A DNA stretch of 64,000 nt, taken from the IMG/VR virus record IMGVR_UViG_2910170622_000001, positions 33,789 through 97,788 of that record; one strand, written 5' to 3'. This document shows, one piece after another, positions 1 to 8,341 of the stretch. The stretch's first letter is position 1; each line of letters opens with the position of its first letter. Under the pieces are notes generated by a model. It did not search any database and had not been told where the DNA came from. It was given only the letters and a program-made list of their open reading frames with translations. The position numbers were made by a program, and so were the translations under genes. Source of the DNA: a virus.

Positions 1-1
1 T

Positions 2-454
2 AATGCGACTTTTGCCTACGAATATACGCAAAAAACACTGGAGAAGGTGAACAAGTCCCTTGACAACACCACGACAAAGATAAGCGGCGCACTCGCTTTC
101 AGTGGTGTTGCTCTTAAGTTCGCTGAAAGTTTATCAGACGAAGGATGGCTCGTCTGGGTAAAAGTAGCCGTTTGCTTTTTCTCAGCAATGTCGATCGTCT
201 CATGCAGTTTAGGCTTATCCCCCGCTAGTGCTGGAAAAGTAGTTGACCCTGCCTCCTTCCTTGACGCAGAGATTTACAGGCTTCCTGACGAAAAATGTAA
301 GCTATTTACGATGAGGCAAGCACTAAAAGGGATTGAGCAATTAGACAAACTAATCGAAAAGAGACGCAGAAATTTGAACGTTGCAATCGTTCTAATTACT
401 CTTTCTGGATTAGGGATAGCTTTTAGTATTAGTGCAAGAAGCTTAAACCTGTAA
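2..454 (+). CDS. Hypothetical membrane protein, 5'-partial at window edge (full copy at 4339-4806)
   Basis: Same frame and sequence as 4339-4806; hydrophobic segments near N- and C-termini. Confidence 0.7.
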   Translation, partial: NATFAYEYTQKTLEKVNKSLDNTTTKISGALAFSGVALKFAESLSDEGWLVWVKVAVCFFSAMSIVSCSLGLSPASAGKVVDPASFLDAEIYRLPDEKCKLFTMRQALKGIEQLDKLIEKRRRNLNVAIVLITLSGLGIAFSISARSLNL

Positions 455-480
455 CGCAGACCAGAACGATTACTAAAAGT

Positions 481-658
481 TCAAACCCTAGGGTTTGAAT
501 CAATCAAAGACCGCTCGGCGCGAGCCAACTCCAGGGGATTGCACTTGTAAGGTCGGTTTGTGCGGCGTCTGGTGGCAATCCCCTGGAGCAGGCAAGAGCA
601 TAGCGGTTCTCTCGCCCGTCAAGGGACGCTACGCTCTCCGCTACGCTACGCCCCTGAC
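481..658 (-). other. Probable single-strand origin (ssoA-like); second copy at 4833-5010
   Basis: Non-coding and hairpin-rich: palindrome 481-498, IR CCAGGGGATTGC 531-542/575-586, stem GTCAAGGG/CCCCTGAC 618-658 whose loop has two minus-strand TAGCGT (CS-6-like) motifs at 626-631 and 643-648. Confidence 0.6.
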
Positions 659-726
659 TTGAGATGATGCCTAGTGCTACCACCTCCCCAAGTTACTCTC
701 CAGCAGAGCTTGGTACTGGCATCTTG

Positions 727-741
727 CCGTGTATTACACGG
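727..741. repeat. 15-bp palindrome CCGTGTA-W-TACACGG, site 1 (also 5079-5093)
   Basis: ccgtgtattacacgg overlapping the RHH gene stop codon. Confidence 0.9.
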
Positions 742-1069
742 ATGAAGTTAAAGAGTTTCGTAGTGCTTCTAAAGCACGGCGCACCGAGCCTCGGTCTTTA
801 CCGTTGCGTGTGACCATTGGATCATTAAGGACACAAGCAATCGCATTATCCACCTGCGCCAAGCTTAGTCCGTTGGTAGGCACCACCTGGTCGAACGCTC
901 TTGACTCAGTGAGCTGCTCAATCAGATCTGCCCGCGTCAGACTTTGTGCCTCAGCGACTTCACCAAGCTGCTGCCAGGTTGTATCAGTGAGACGAATGCT
1001 GCGTACTTCGCGGTGTGCGTCAGACTTAGCGGCAAACTGTCCGCAGTCGCTACGCTTTTGTTTAGTCAT
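734..1069 (-). CDS. Ribbon-helix-helix (CopG-like) DNA-binding protein
   Basis: VRSIRLTDTTWQQLGEVAEAQSLTRADLIEQL fits the RHH strand-helix-helix pattern. Confidence 0.7.
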   Translation of the reverse strand: MTKQKRSDCGQFAAKSDAHREVRSIRLTDTTWQQLGEVAEAQSLTRADLIEQLTESRAFDQVVPTNGLSLAQVDNAIACVLNDPMVTRNGKDRGSVRRALEALRNSLTSSV

Positions 1070-1076
1070 AGATCTT

Positions 1077-1091
1077 CCGTGTAATACACGG
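1077..1091. repeat. 15-bp palindrome, site 2 (also 5429-5443)
   Basis: ccgtgtaatacacgg followed by tgatt, just upstream of the RHH start and just downstream of the endonuclease stop. Confidence 0.9.
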
Positions 1092-1098
1092 TGATTAT

Positions 1099-1872
1099 CT
1101 AATTTGCAGAACTCCTGCGTCTAGTCCTGCGTGGTGGAATGTATCCGCTATTTGCTTGAGTGAGCTTTTCCCAGTTGATATGCCCTTCCTCATCAACAAA
1201 CAAAAGGGAAAATTCACGGGTTAGTTTATTTAAGGTAGTAGCCCAAGCGTCCTGATAGTCAGGACGCAAACGCAGCGGGTAATCTTTCATCAACCTTGTT
1301 AACTTCAAATAGAAGTCAGAATCGCCTGTAATTTCTTCCCAGAGAGCCTGACCTGAACGAATCAAATAGATGCGACCACCTTCTTCATCAGGCTCAGAGT
1401 TAGCCTGACCTGTTGATTGACCCAGAATTGCGACAAACCGTTTCTGAATCCCCATCTGGCAGTAGTCCTGATAGGCTTTGTCAAAGTCCTCTTTAATCCC
1501 ACGACCCATTCGAGCATTTTGCCAGTTGGAACCAGACTTCATCTCGATAACAATGTAGTCACTCTCTGTTTCGATAACAATATCCATGCCAACTTGCTCT
1601 GCTTTTGCGCCATCGCCAACAGCCTTAGCAATTTTCTCGAAGAACTCATCGCCAAAAATTGTTTCATCTGATTTAATAAGGCGCGACCTCATTAATTCTT
1701 CAACCAACTGAGGTGCTTCAGAGATTCCAGTTGCTCGAAATAAATAAGGATTTTTAGAAGCTAAATCGTTAAGCTTTAACTCTAAAAGCCTGCTGATACG
1801 GCGATCATAGAAGGATCTCAACCGCTCTATAATTAGATTTTCTAATGCTTCAAGACTGATTTGTAGCGACAT
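1099..1872 (-). CDS. Type II restriction endonuclease, EcoO109I/PmeII-like PD-(D/E)xK fold
   Basis: KNPYLF motif and GMDIVIE...VIEMKSG catalytic pattern; overlaps the MTase 3' end. Confidence 0.75.
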   Translation of the reverse strand: MSLQISLEALENLIIERLRSFYDRRISRLLELKLNDLASKNPYLFRATGISEAPQLVEELMRSRLIKSDETIFGDEFFEKIAKAVGDGAKAEQVGMDIVIETESDYIVIEMKSGSNWQNARMGRGIKEDFDKAYQDYCQMGIQKRFVAILGQSTGQANSEPDEEGGRIYLIRSGQALWEEITGDSDFYLKLTRLMKDYPLRLRPDYQDAWATTLNKLTREFSLLFVDEEGHINWEKLTQANSGYIPPRRTRRRSSAN

Positions 1873-2785
1873 TGGTTTGTAAGGGAGATAGTATCTCTAA
1901 CTGCCTTAAACTACCCAAACGATGGCGGGCAAGTTCACAATACTCATCACTTACATCAATCCCTACAAAACTTCTAGCAAGCTTTTCACAAGCTACTGCG
2001 GTTGTCCCAGATCCCATAAAGGGGTCTAAAACAACATCTCCAGACTGTGTAAACAGTTTAATAAACCAGCTTGGTAATTCCACAGGATAAGCTGCACTGT
2101 GCCCTTTGTTAGCGCACTCAGTCGCCATATGCAGCACATTGTCAGGGTATGCCATGTCACGCCCAACCCAGTTGGAAATGTTCTTGCCAAAACCACTTCC
2201 CACTTTGGAATTGTCACGAAGCATATCAGTTTCGCTCAGTTTCCTCAGTCGAGACTTTGCCCAATCGCCTGTCGGAACTTTCACTTCATCTTGGTACATC
2301 GCAAACTTTTTGCTGACGTTGAAGTGTAAGCACCGTTCCCAACCGTCCCGAAAACGATTGCTCCATTTGCCAGGGTAGCTATTTCGCTTGTGCCAACAAT
2401 ACTCCTCTGTCCAGAGCCACCCCTGCTTACGCATCTCTAGAATCAGCTCTAAAACATAGGTATGACGTTCACCATTAACGACCCGCTCTTTGATGTTCAA
2501 AACAAACGAGCCAGTAGGCTTGAGGACACGTTTTAGCTCGGCGGCGATCGGTAGAAACCACTCTACATACTGATCGGGGTGGATACCGCCATAGGTGTTT
2601 TTCCGTTGATCTGCATAAGGTGGTGAAGTGACAATCAAATCAACAGATTGGTCTGGAAGCAAAAGCAGCACGTCCAAGCAATCGCCGCAATGAAACTTGT
2701 TCAAAAACGCTGAGATACCTAGATCAGGCTTGACTGGAGGCTTTACAGAAGACCCATCCAGCAATCTCGATTGAACATTCACCAC
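1850..2785 (-). CDS. Amino-methyltransferase, beta class (probably N4-cytosine)
   Basis: Motif IV LIVTSPPY precedes motif I VLDPFMGSGTT. Confidence 0.92.
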   Translation of the reverse strand: MVNVQSRLLDGSSVKPPVKPDLGISAFLNKFHCGDCLDVLLLLPDQSVDLIVTSPPYADQRKNTYGGIHPDQYVEWFLPIAAELKRVLKPTGSFVLNIKERVVNGERHTYVLELILEMRKQGWLWTEEYCWHKRNSYPGKWSNRFRDGWERCLHFNVSKKFAMYQDEVKVPTGDWAKSRLRKLSETDMLRDNSKVGSGFGKNISNWVGRDMAYPDNVLHMATECANKGHSAAYPVELPSWFIKLFTQSGDVVLDPFMGSGTTAVACEKLARSFVGIDVSDEYCELARHRLGSLRQLEILSPLQTNVATNQS

Positions 2786-2807
2786 ACCTAATAACCCCTT
2801 ACGTTTA

Positions 2808-2822
2808 CCGTGTATTACACGG
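2808..2822. repeat. 15-bp palindrome, site 3 (also 7160-7174)
   Basis: ccgtgtattacacgg followed by tgatt, between the rep stop and the MTase start. Confidence 0.9.
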
Positions 2823-2856
2823 TGATTCTAGCAGCAACATCCGATGAATTTACCGT

Positions 2857-3831
2857 CTATGGGGACAGTCTGTACATTTTTTCTTTTCTTCGCCAACTAA
2901 AATAAACCGAGGTTTTGTCGTCCATCTCACTCTGATCATCGTTGCCAATCAGGTCTTCTGGTTCCTCTTCCAGCTCTTTGAGGTACTCTTTCAGCACCCC
3001 ACCTGTCGCCACTGCCCTCATCTTGTGCATCTGGCGGGTTAGCTCCAAGAACCATTCACGATCGGCTACCAAGTCTGATTCTTTCGTGCAGTACTTCAGA
3101 AGTTCAGGCACCAGCTCCATCGGCTTACTACCCTGCTTTACTGCCTGCACATCCAGCACTGGGTTATAGTCCAGCCTCATGCACTTACGCCACATCTCCA
3201 CCCATTCATCTTGTCTGATGTACTTCTTGCCAAAGTACGATCGCTGCACCAGTAGCAAACAATGAAAATGAGGGTGAGCGCTGCCGTCTCTACCCCGCGT
3301 GACTTCAGTAGAACGTAGCCACCCCTCACCAGGGAACGCCTTAAGCTGCACCAGGCGCTGATACCCTCGATTCATCTGCTTGAGCGTCTCGCGCAACTCA
3401 ACGATCGGCGCGTTCTTCTGGGTCAGCGTCAGAAACAGCCAGCGGTGAGAGGGGTAAGCCTCAACAATCTTCGGTAAAACCTTGTATGCCTTCGCCTTCC
3501 ACATCAGCGATCGCCTCCACTGGCAGACAGGGCAATGACGTAAGCGACAAAAACGGGCAGAGCGTAACTTTAGCTTCAGCGTATCGTGTTCAGTCGGTGC
3601 TAACCCAAATTCGAGCAACTCAGAGCAGTAGTGAATCCGGCTGCTGTAGCCATTGAACTCACTGCCTGCATAAAAACCCTCCACCCGATCGGCAAAGCTT
3701 CTGTGCTTATCCCAAGGTTTATCCTGTGGGCTTACATCCGATAGGGCAATGGGCTGACTATTGGATGCAGCAGACTCAGGCGCTATGCTAGACATAGAAA
3801 CGCCGAAGTCTGAATCGCCCGAATCAGACAT
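2857..3831 (-). CDS. rep: Rolling-circle replication initiator, Rep_1 (HUH) family
   Basis: FCRLRHCPVCQWRRS, motif 1 FLTLT, motif 2 HPHFHCLL, motif 3 ELLKYCTK. Confidence 0.95.
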   Translation of the reverse strand: MSDSGDSDFGVSMSSIAPESAASNSQPIALSDVSPQDKPWDKHRSFADRVEGFYAGSEFNGYSSRIHYCSELLEFGLAPTEHDTLKLKLRSARFCRLRHCPVCQWRRSLMWKAKAYKVLPKIVEAYPSHRWLFLTLTQKNAPIVELRETLKQMNRGYQRLVQLKAFPGEGWLRSTEVTRGRDGSAHPHFHCLLLVQRSYFGKKYIRQDEWVEMWRKCMRLDYNPVLDVQAVKQGSKPMELVPELLKYCTKESDLVADREWFLELTRQMHKMRAVATGGVLKEYLKELEEEPEDLIGNDDQSEMDDKTSVYFSWRRKEKMYRLSP

Positions 3832-3975
3832 TCAAAAACCCGTGATATTCAGTTGGAGAGTGGTATCCCAACCGTATCACGGGTTTTGGCTTTTAAACCC
3901 AAAAAGCTTTTATCTCTTAATCTGCCTCAAACCCTTACCCAAAAGGGGATAGCACCGATTCTACGAATCAGAGTT

Positions 3976-4007
3976 ATCCCTCATAATTCAAGTGAAGGCG
4001 GAGGGAT
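3976..4007 (-). other. Double-strand origin: hairpin with predicted nick CTTG^A between 3989 and 3988
   Basis: Minus strand ATCCCTC-cgccttcaCTTG^Aattat-GAGGGAT. It is the only CTTGA I found upstream of rep and matches the pC194/phiX174 CTTG^A nick core. An IR AAAACCCGTGATA/TATCACGGGTTTT (about 3835-3888) may be the Rep-binding site. Confidence 0.75.
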
Positions 4008-4338
4008 GCAAAAGCATGCAACGATATGCAAAAAACATAGGAACCCTTAAGGGTTCGGTAAAAGTTTTTAAGCAAAAATCAGCCTCTCTAATCGGTGACT
4101 GCGATCACATCAAAGCATCTGACGTTACCGCTGAAGTCACCAGTTTTTTACTATCAGCATCATACGATAGCGTATATACAAATCTTTACAAAGGACGTGA
4201 TCCGCCACCCTGGTCAGTCATTTTCCTTTTGAATCATCACCATCTGTGCGCTCGTACCGAACTTTCGGGGGATCAGGTGTTGGCGGGGGCGGGGGTGGTT
4301 TAGGTTTGTCGTCCTGATTTGAATTTGAATTAGTAGTC

Positions 4339-4806
4339 ATGACTGAACATAATAATGCGACTTTTGCCTACGAATATACGCAAAAAACACTGGAGAAGGT
4401 GAACAAGTCCCTTGACAACACCACGACAAAGATAAGCGGCGCACTCGCTTTCAGTGGTGTTGCTCTTAAGTTCGCTGAAAGTTTATCAGACGAAGGATGG
4501 CTCGTCTGGGTAAAAGTAGCCGTTTGCTTTTTCTCAGCAATGTCGATCGTCTCATGCAGTTTAGGCTTATCCCCCGCTAGTGCTGGAAAAGTAGTTGACC
4601 CTGCCTCCTTCCTTGACGCAGAGATTTACAGGCTTCCTGACGAAAAATGTAAGCTATTTACGATGAGGCAAGCACTAAAAGGGATTGAGCAATTAGACAA
4701 ACTAATCGAAAAGAGACGCAGAAATTTGAACGTTGCAATCGTTCTAATTACTCTTTCTGGATTAGGGATAGCTTTTAGTATTAGTGCAAGAAGCTTAAAC
4801 CTGTAA
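4339..4806 (+). CDS. Hypothetical membrane protein
   Basis: 155-aa ORF with ATG start and 2-3 hydrophobic helices. Confidence 0.7.
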   Translation: MTEHNNATFAYEYTQKTLEKVNKSLDNTTTKISGALAFSGVALKFAESLSDEGWLVWVKVAVCFFSAMSIVSCSLGLSPASAGKVVDPASFLDAEIYRLPDEKCKLFTMRQALKGIEQLDKLIEKRRRNLNVAIVLITLSGLGIAFSISARSLNL

Positions 4807-5085
4807 CGCAGACCAGAACGATTACTAAAAGTTCAAACCCTAGGGTTTGAATCAATCAAAGACCGCTCGGCGCGAGCCAACTCCAGGGGATTGCACTTGT
4901 AAGGTCGGTTTGTGCGGCGTCTGGTGGCAATCCCCTGGAGCAGGCAAGAGCATAGCGGTTCTCTCGCCCGTCAAGGGACGCTACGCTCTCCGCTACGCTA
5001 CGCCCCTGACTTGAGATGATGCCTAGTGCTACCACCTCCCCAAGTTACTCTCCAGCAGAGCTTGGTACTGGCATCTTGCCGTGTA

Positions 5086-5421
5086 TTACACGGATGAAGT
5101 TAAAGAGTTTCGTAGTGCTTCTAAAGCACGGCGCACCGAGCCTCGGTCTTTACCGTTGCGTGTGACCATTGGATCATTAAGGACACAAGCAATCGCATTA
5201 TCCACCTGCGCCAAGCTTAGTCCGTTGGTAGGCACCACCTGGTCGAACGCTCTTGACTCAGTGAGCTGCTCAATCAGATCTGCCCGCGTCAGACTTTGTG
5301 CCTCAGCGACTTCACCAAGCTGCTGCCAGGTTGTATCAGTGAGACGAATGCTGCGTACTTCGCGGTGTGCGTCAGACTTAGCGGCAAACTGTCCGCAGTC
5401 GCTACGCTTTTGTTTAGTCAT
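5086..5421 (-). CDS. RHH DNA-binding protein (copy 2)
   Basis: Identical to 734-1069. Confidence 0.7.
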   Translation of the reverse strand: MTKQKRSDCGQFAAKSDAHREVRSIRLTDTTWQQLGEVAEAQSLTRADLIEQLTESRAFDQVVPTNGLSLAQVDNAIACVLNDPMVTRNGKDRGSVRRALEALRNSLTSSV

Positions 5422-5450
5422 AGATCTTCCGTGTAATACACGGTGATTAT

Positions 5451-6224
5451 CTAATTTGCAGAACTCCTGCGTCTAGTCCTGCGTGGTGGAATGTATCCGC
5501 TATTTGCTTGAGTGAGCTTTTCCCAGTTGATATGCCCTTCCTCATCAACAAACAAAAGGGAAAATTCACGGGTTAGTTTATTTAAGGTAGTAGCCCAAGC
5601 GTCCTGATAGTCAGGACGCAAACGCAGCGGGTAATCTTTCATCAACCTTGTTAACTTCAAATAGAAGTCAGAATCGCCTGTAATTTCTTCCCAGAGAGCC
5701 TGACCTGAACGAATCAAATAGATGCGACCACCTTCTTCATCAGGCTCAGAGTTAGCCTGACCTGTTGATTGACCCAGAATTGCGACAAACCGTTTCTGAA
5801 TCCCCATCTGGCAGTAGTCCTGATAGGCTTTGTCAAAGTCCTCTTTAATCCCACGACCCATTCGAGCATTTTGCCAGTTGGAACCAGACTTCATCTCGAT
5901 AACAATGTAGTCACTCTCTGTTTCGATAACAATATCCATGCCAACTTGCTCTGCTTTTGCGCCATCGCCAACAGCCTTAGCAATTTTCTCGAAGAACTCA
6001 TCGCCAAAAATTGTTTCATCTGATTTAATAAGGCGCGACCTCATTAATTCTTCAACCAACTGAGGTGCTTCAGAGATTCCAGTTGCTCGAAATAAATAAG
6101 GATTTTTAGAAGCTAAATCGTTAAGCTTTAACTCTAAAAGCCTGCTGATACGGCGATCATAGAAGGATCTCAACCGCTCTATAATTAGATTTTCTAATGC
6201 TTCAAGACTGATTTGTAGCGACAT
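5451..6224 (-). CDS. Type II restriction endonuclease (copy 2)
   Basis: Identical to 1099-1872. Confidence 0.75.
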   Translation of the reverse strand: MSLQISLEALENLIIERLRSFYDRRISRLLELKLNDLASKNPYLFRATGISEAPQLVEELMRSRLIKSDETIFGDEFFEKIAKAVGDGAKAEQVGMDIVIETESDYIVIEMKSGSNWQNARMGRGIKEDFDKAYQDYCQMGIQKRFVAILGQSTGQANSEPDEEGGRIYLIRSGQALWEEITGDSDFYLKLTRLMKDYPLRLRPDYQDAWATTLNKLTREFSLLFVDEEGHINWEKLTQANSGYIPPRRTRRRSSAN

Positions 6225-7137
6225 TGGTTTGTAAGGGAGATAGTATCTCTAACTGCCTTAAACTACCCAAACGATGGCGGGCAAGTTCACAATACTCATC
6301 ACTTACATCAATCCCTACAAAACTTCTAGCAAGCTTTTCACAAGCTACTGCGGTTGTCCCAGATCCCATAAAGGGGTCTAAAACAACATCTCCAGACTGT
6401 GTAAACAGTTTAATAAACCAGCTTGGTAATTCCACAGGATAAGCTGCACTGTGCCCTTTGTTAGCGCACTCAGTCGCCATATGCAGCACATTGTCAGGGT
6501 ATGCCATGTCACGCCCAACCCAGTTGGAAATGTTCTTGCCAAAACCACTTCCCACTTTGGAATTGTCACGAAGCATATCAGTTTCGCTCAGTTTCCTCAG
6601 TCGAGACTTTGCCCAATCGCCTGTCGGAACTTTCACTTCATCTTGGTACATCGCAAACTTTTTGCTGACGTTGAAGTGTAAGCACCGTTCCCAACCGTCC
6701 CGAAAACGATTGCTCCATTTGCCAGGGTAGCTATTTCGCTTGTGCCAACAATACTCCTCTGTCCAGAGCCACCCCTGCTTACGCATCTCTAGAATCAGCT
6801 CTAAAACATAGGTATGACGTTCACCATTAACGACCCGCTCTTTGATGTTCAAAACAAACGAGCCAGTAGGCTTGAGGACACGTTTTAGCTCGGCGGCGAT
6901 CGGTAGAAACCACTCTACATACTGATCGGGGTGGATACCGCCATAGGTGTTTTTCCGTTGATCTGCATAAGGTGGTGAAGTGACAATCAAATCAACAGAT
7001 TGGTCTGGAAGCAAAAGCAGCACGTCCAAGCAATCGCCGCAATGAAACTTGTTCAAAAACGCTGAGATACCTAGATCAGGCTTGACTGGAGGCTTTACAG
7101 AAGACCCATCCAGCAATCTCGATTGAACATTCACCAC
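6202..7137 (-). CDS. Beta-class amino-methyltransferase (copy 2)
   Basis: Identical to 1850-2785. Confidence 0.92.
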   Translation of the reverse strand: MVNVQSRLLDGSSVKPPVKPDLGISAFLNKFHCGDCLDVLLLLPDQSVDLIVTSPPYADQRKNTYGGIHPDQYVEWFLPIAAELKRVLKPTGSFVLNIKERVVNGERHTYVLELILEMRKQGWLWTEEYCWHKRNSYPGKWSNRFRDGWERCLHFNVSKKFAMYQDEVKVPTGDWAKSRLRKLSETDMLRDNSKVGSGFGKNISNWVGRDMAYPDNVLHMATECANKGHSAAYPVELPSWFIKLFTQSGDVVLDPFMGSGTTAVACEKLARSFVGIDVSDEYCELARHRLGSLRQLEILSPLQTNVATNQS

Positions 7138-7208
7138 ACCTAATAACCCCTTACGTTTACCGTGTATTACACGGTGATTCTAGCAGCAACATCCGATGAA
7201 TTTACCGT

Positions 7209-8183
7209 CTATGGGGACAGTCTGTACATTTTTTCTTTTCTTCGCCAACTAAAATAAACCGAGGTTTTGTCGTCCATCTCACTCTGATCATCGTTGCCAA
7301 TCAGGTCTTCTGGTTCCTCTTCCAGCTCTTTGAGGTACTCTTTCAGCACCCCACCTGTCGCCACTGCCCTCATCTTGTGCATCTGGCGGGTTAGCTCCAA
7401 GAACCATTCACGATCGGCTACCAAGTCTGATTCTTTCGTGCAGTACTTCAGAAGTTCAGGCACCAGCTCCATCGGCTTACTACCCTGCTTTACTGCCTGC
7501 ACATCCAGCACTGGGTTATAGTCCAGCCTCATGCACTTACGCCACATCTCCACCCATTCATCTTGTCTGATGTACTTCTTGCCAAAGTACGATCGCTGCA
7601 CCAGTAGCAAACAATGAAAATGAGGGTGAGCGCTGCCGTCTCTACCCCGCGTGACTTCAGTAGAACGTAGCCACCCCTCACCAGGGAACGCCTTAAGCTG
7701 CACCAGGCGCTGATACCCTCGATTCATCTGCTTGAGCGTCTCGCGCAACTCAACGATCGGCGCGTTCTTCTGGGTCAGCGTCAGAAACAGCCAGCGGTGA
7801 GAGGGGTAAGCCTCAACAATCTTCGGTAAAACCTTGTATGCCTTCGCCTTCCACATCAGCGATCGCCTCCACTGGCAGACAGGGCAATGACGTAAGCGAC
7901 AAAAACGGGCAGAGCGTAACTTTAGCTTCAGCGTATCGTGTTCAGTCGGTGCTAACCCAAATTCGAGCAACTCAGAGCAGTAGTGAATCCGGCTGCTGTA
8001 GCCATTGAACTCACTGCCTGCATAAAAACCCTCCACCCGATCGGCAAAGCTTCTGTGCTTATCCCAAGGTTTATCCTGTGGGCTTACATCCGATAGGGCA
8101 ATGGGCTGACTATTGGATGCAGCAGACTCAGGCGCTATGCTAGACATAGAAACGCCGAAGTCTGAATCGCCCGAATCAGACAT
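7209..8183 (-). CDS. rep: Rep_1 rolling-circle initiator (copy 2)
   Basis: Identical to 2857-3831. Confidence 0.95.
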   Translation of the reverse strand: MSDSGDSDFGVSMSSIAPESAASNSQPIALSDVSPQDKPWDKHRSFADRVEGFYAGSEFNGYSSRIHYCSELLEFGLAPTEHDTLKLKLRSARFCRLRHCPVCQWRRSLMWKAKAYKVLPKIVEAYPSHRWLFLTLTQKNAPIVELRETLKQMNRGYQRLVQLKAFPGEGWLRSTEVTRGRDGSAHPHFHCLLLVQRSYFGKKYIRQDEWVEMWRKCMRLDYNPVLDVQAVKQGSKPMELVPELLKYCTKESDLVADREWFLELTRQMHKMRAVATGGVLKEYLKELEEEPEDLIGNDDQSEMDDKTSVYFSWRRKEKMYRLSP

Positions 8184-8341
8184 TCAAAAACCCGTGATAT
8201 TCAGTTGGAGAGTGGTATCCCAACCGTATCACGGGTTTTGGCTTTTAAACCCAAAAAGCTTTTATCTCTTAATCTGCCTCAAACCCTTACCCAAAAGGGG
8301 ATAGCACCGATTCTACGAATCAGAGTTATCCCTCATAATTC

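Larger units (their letters stand above)
3989..8340 (-). mobile_element. One complete nick-to-nick unit of a rolling-circle plasmid (pC194/pUB110 Rep_1 family) carrying a type II R-M system
   Basis: Rep_1 motifs, dso hairpin with CTTG^A, sso-like hairpins and an R-M pair. 3989-8340 is exactly 4352 bp. Confidence 0.9.
1..8341. repeat. Head-to-tail tandem array of a 4352-bp unit (about 1.92 copies in window; continues off the left edge)
   Basis: Base 1 matches 4353 and all ORFs recur with identical translations at +4352. Identity ends after 3989/8341 (tcataattc|a versus tcataattc|g). Confidence 0.98.

Noticed and set aside
481-720. Possible oriT/mob region
   Set aside because: No relaxase in the unit; the hairpins and TAGCGT motifs fit an sso better.
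729-2378. Plus-strand ORFs 729-1094, 1417-1671, 1872-2090, 2099-2329, 2106-2378 and their copies
   Set aside because: Antisense shadows of well-supported minus-strand genes, with no motifs.
3992-4303. 103-aa ORF upstream of rep
   Set aside because: Overlaps the dso and non-coding control region; no recognisable features or RBS.
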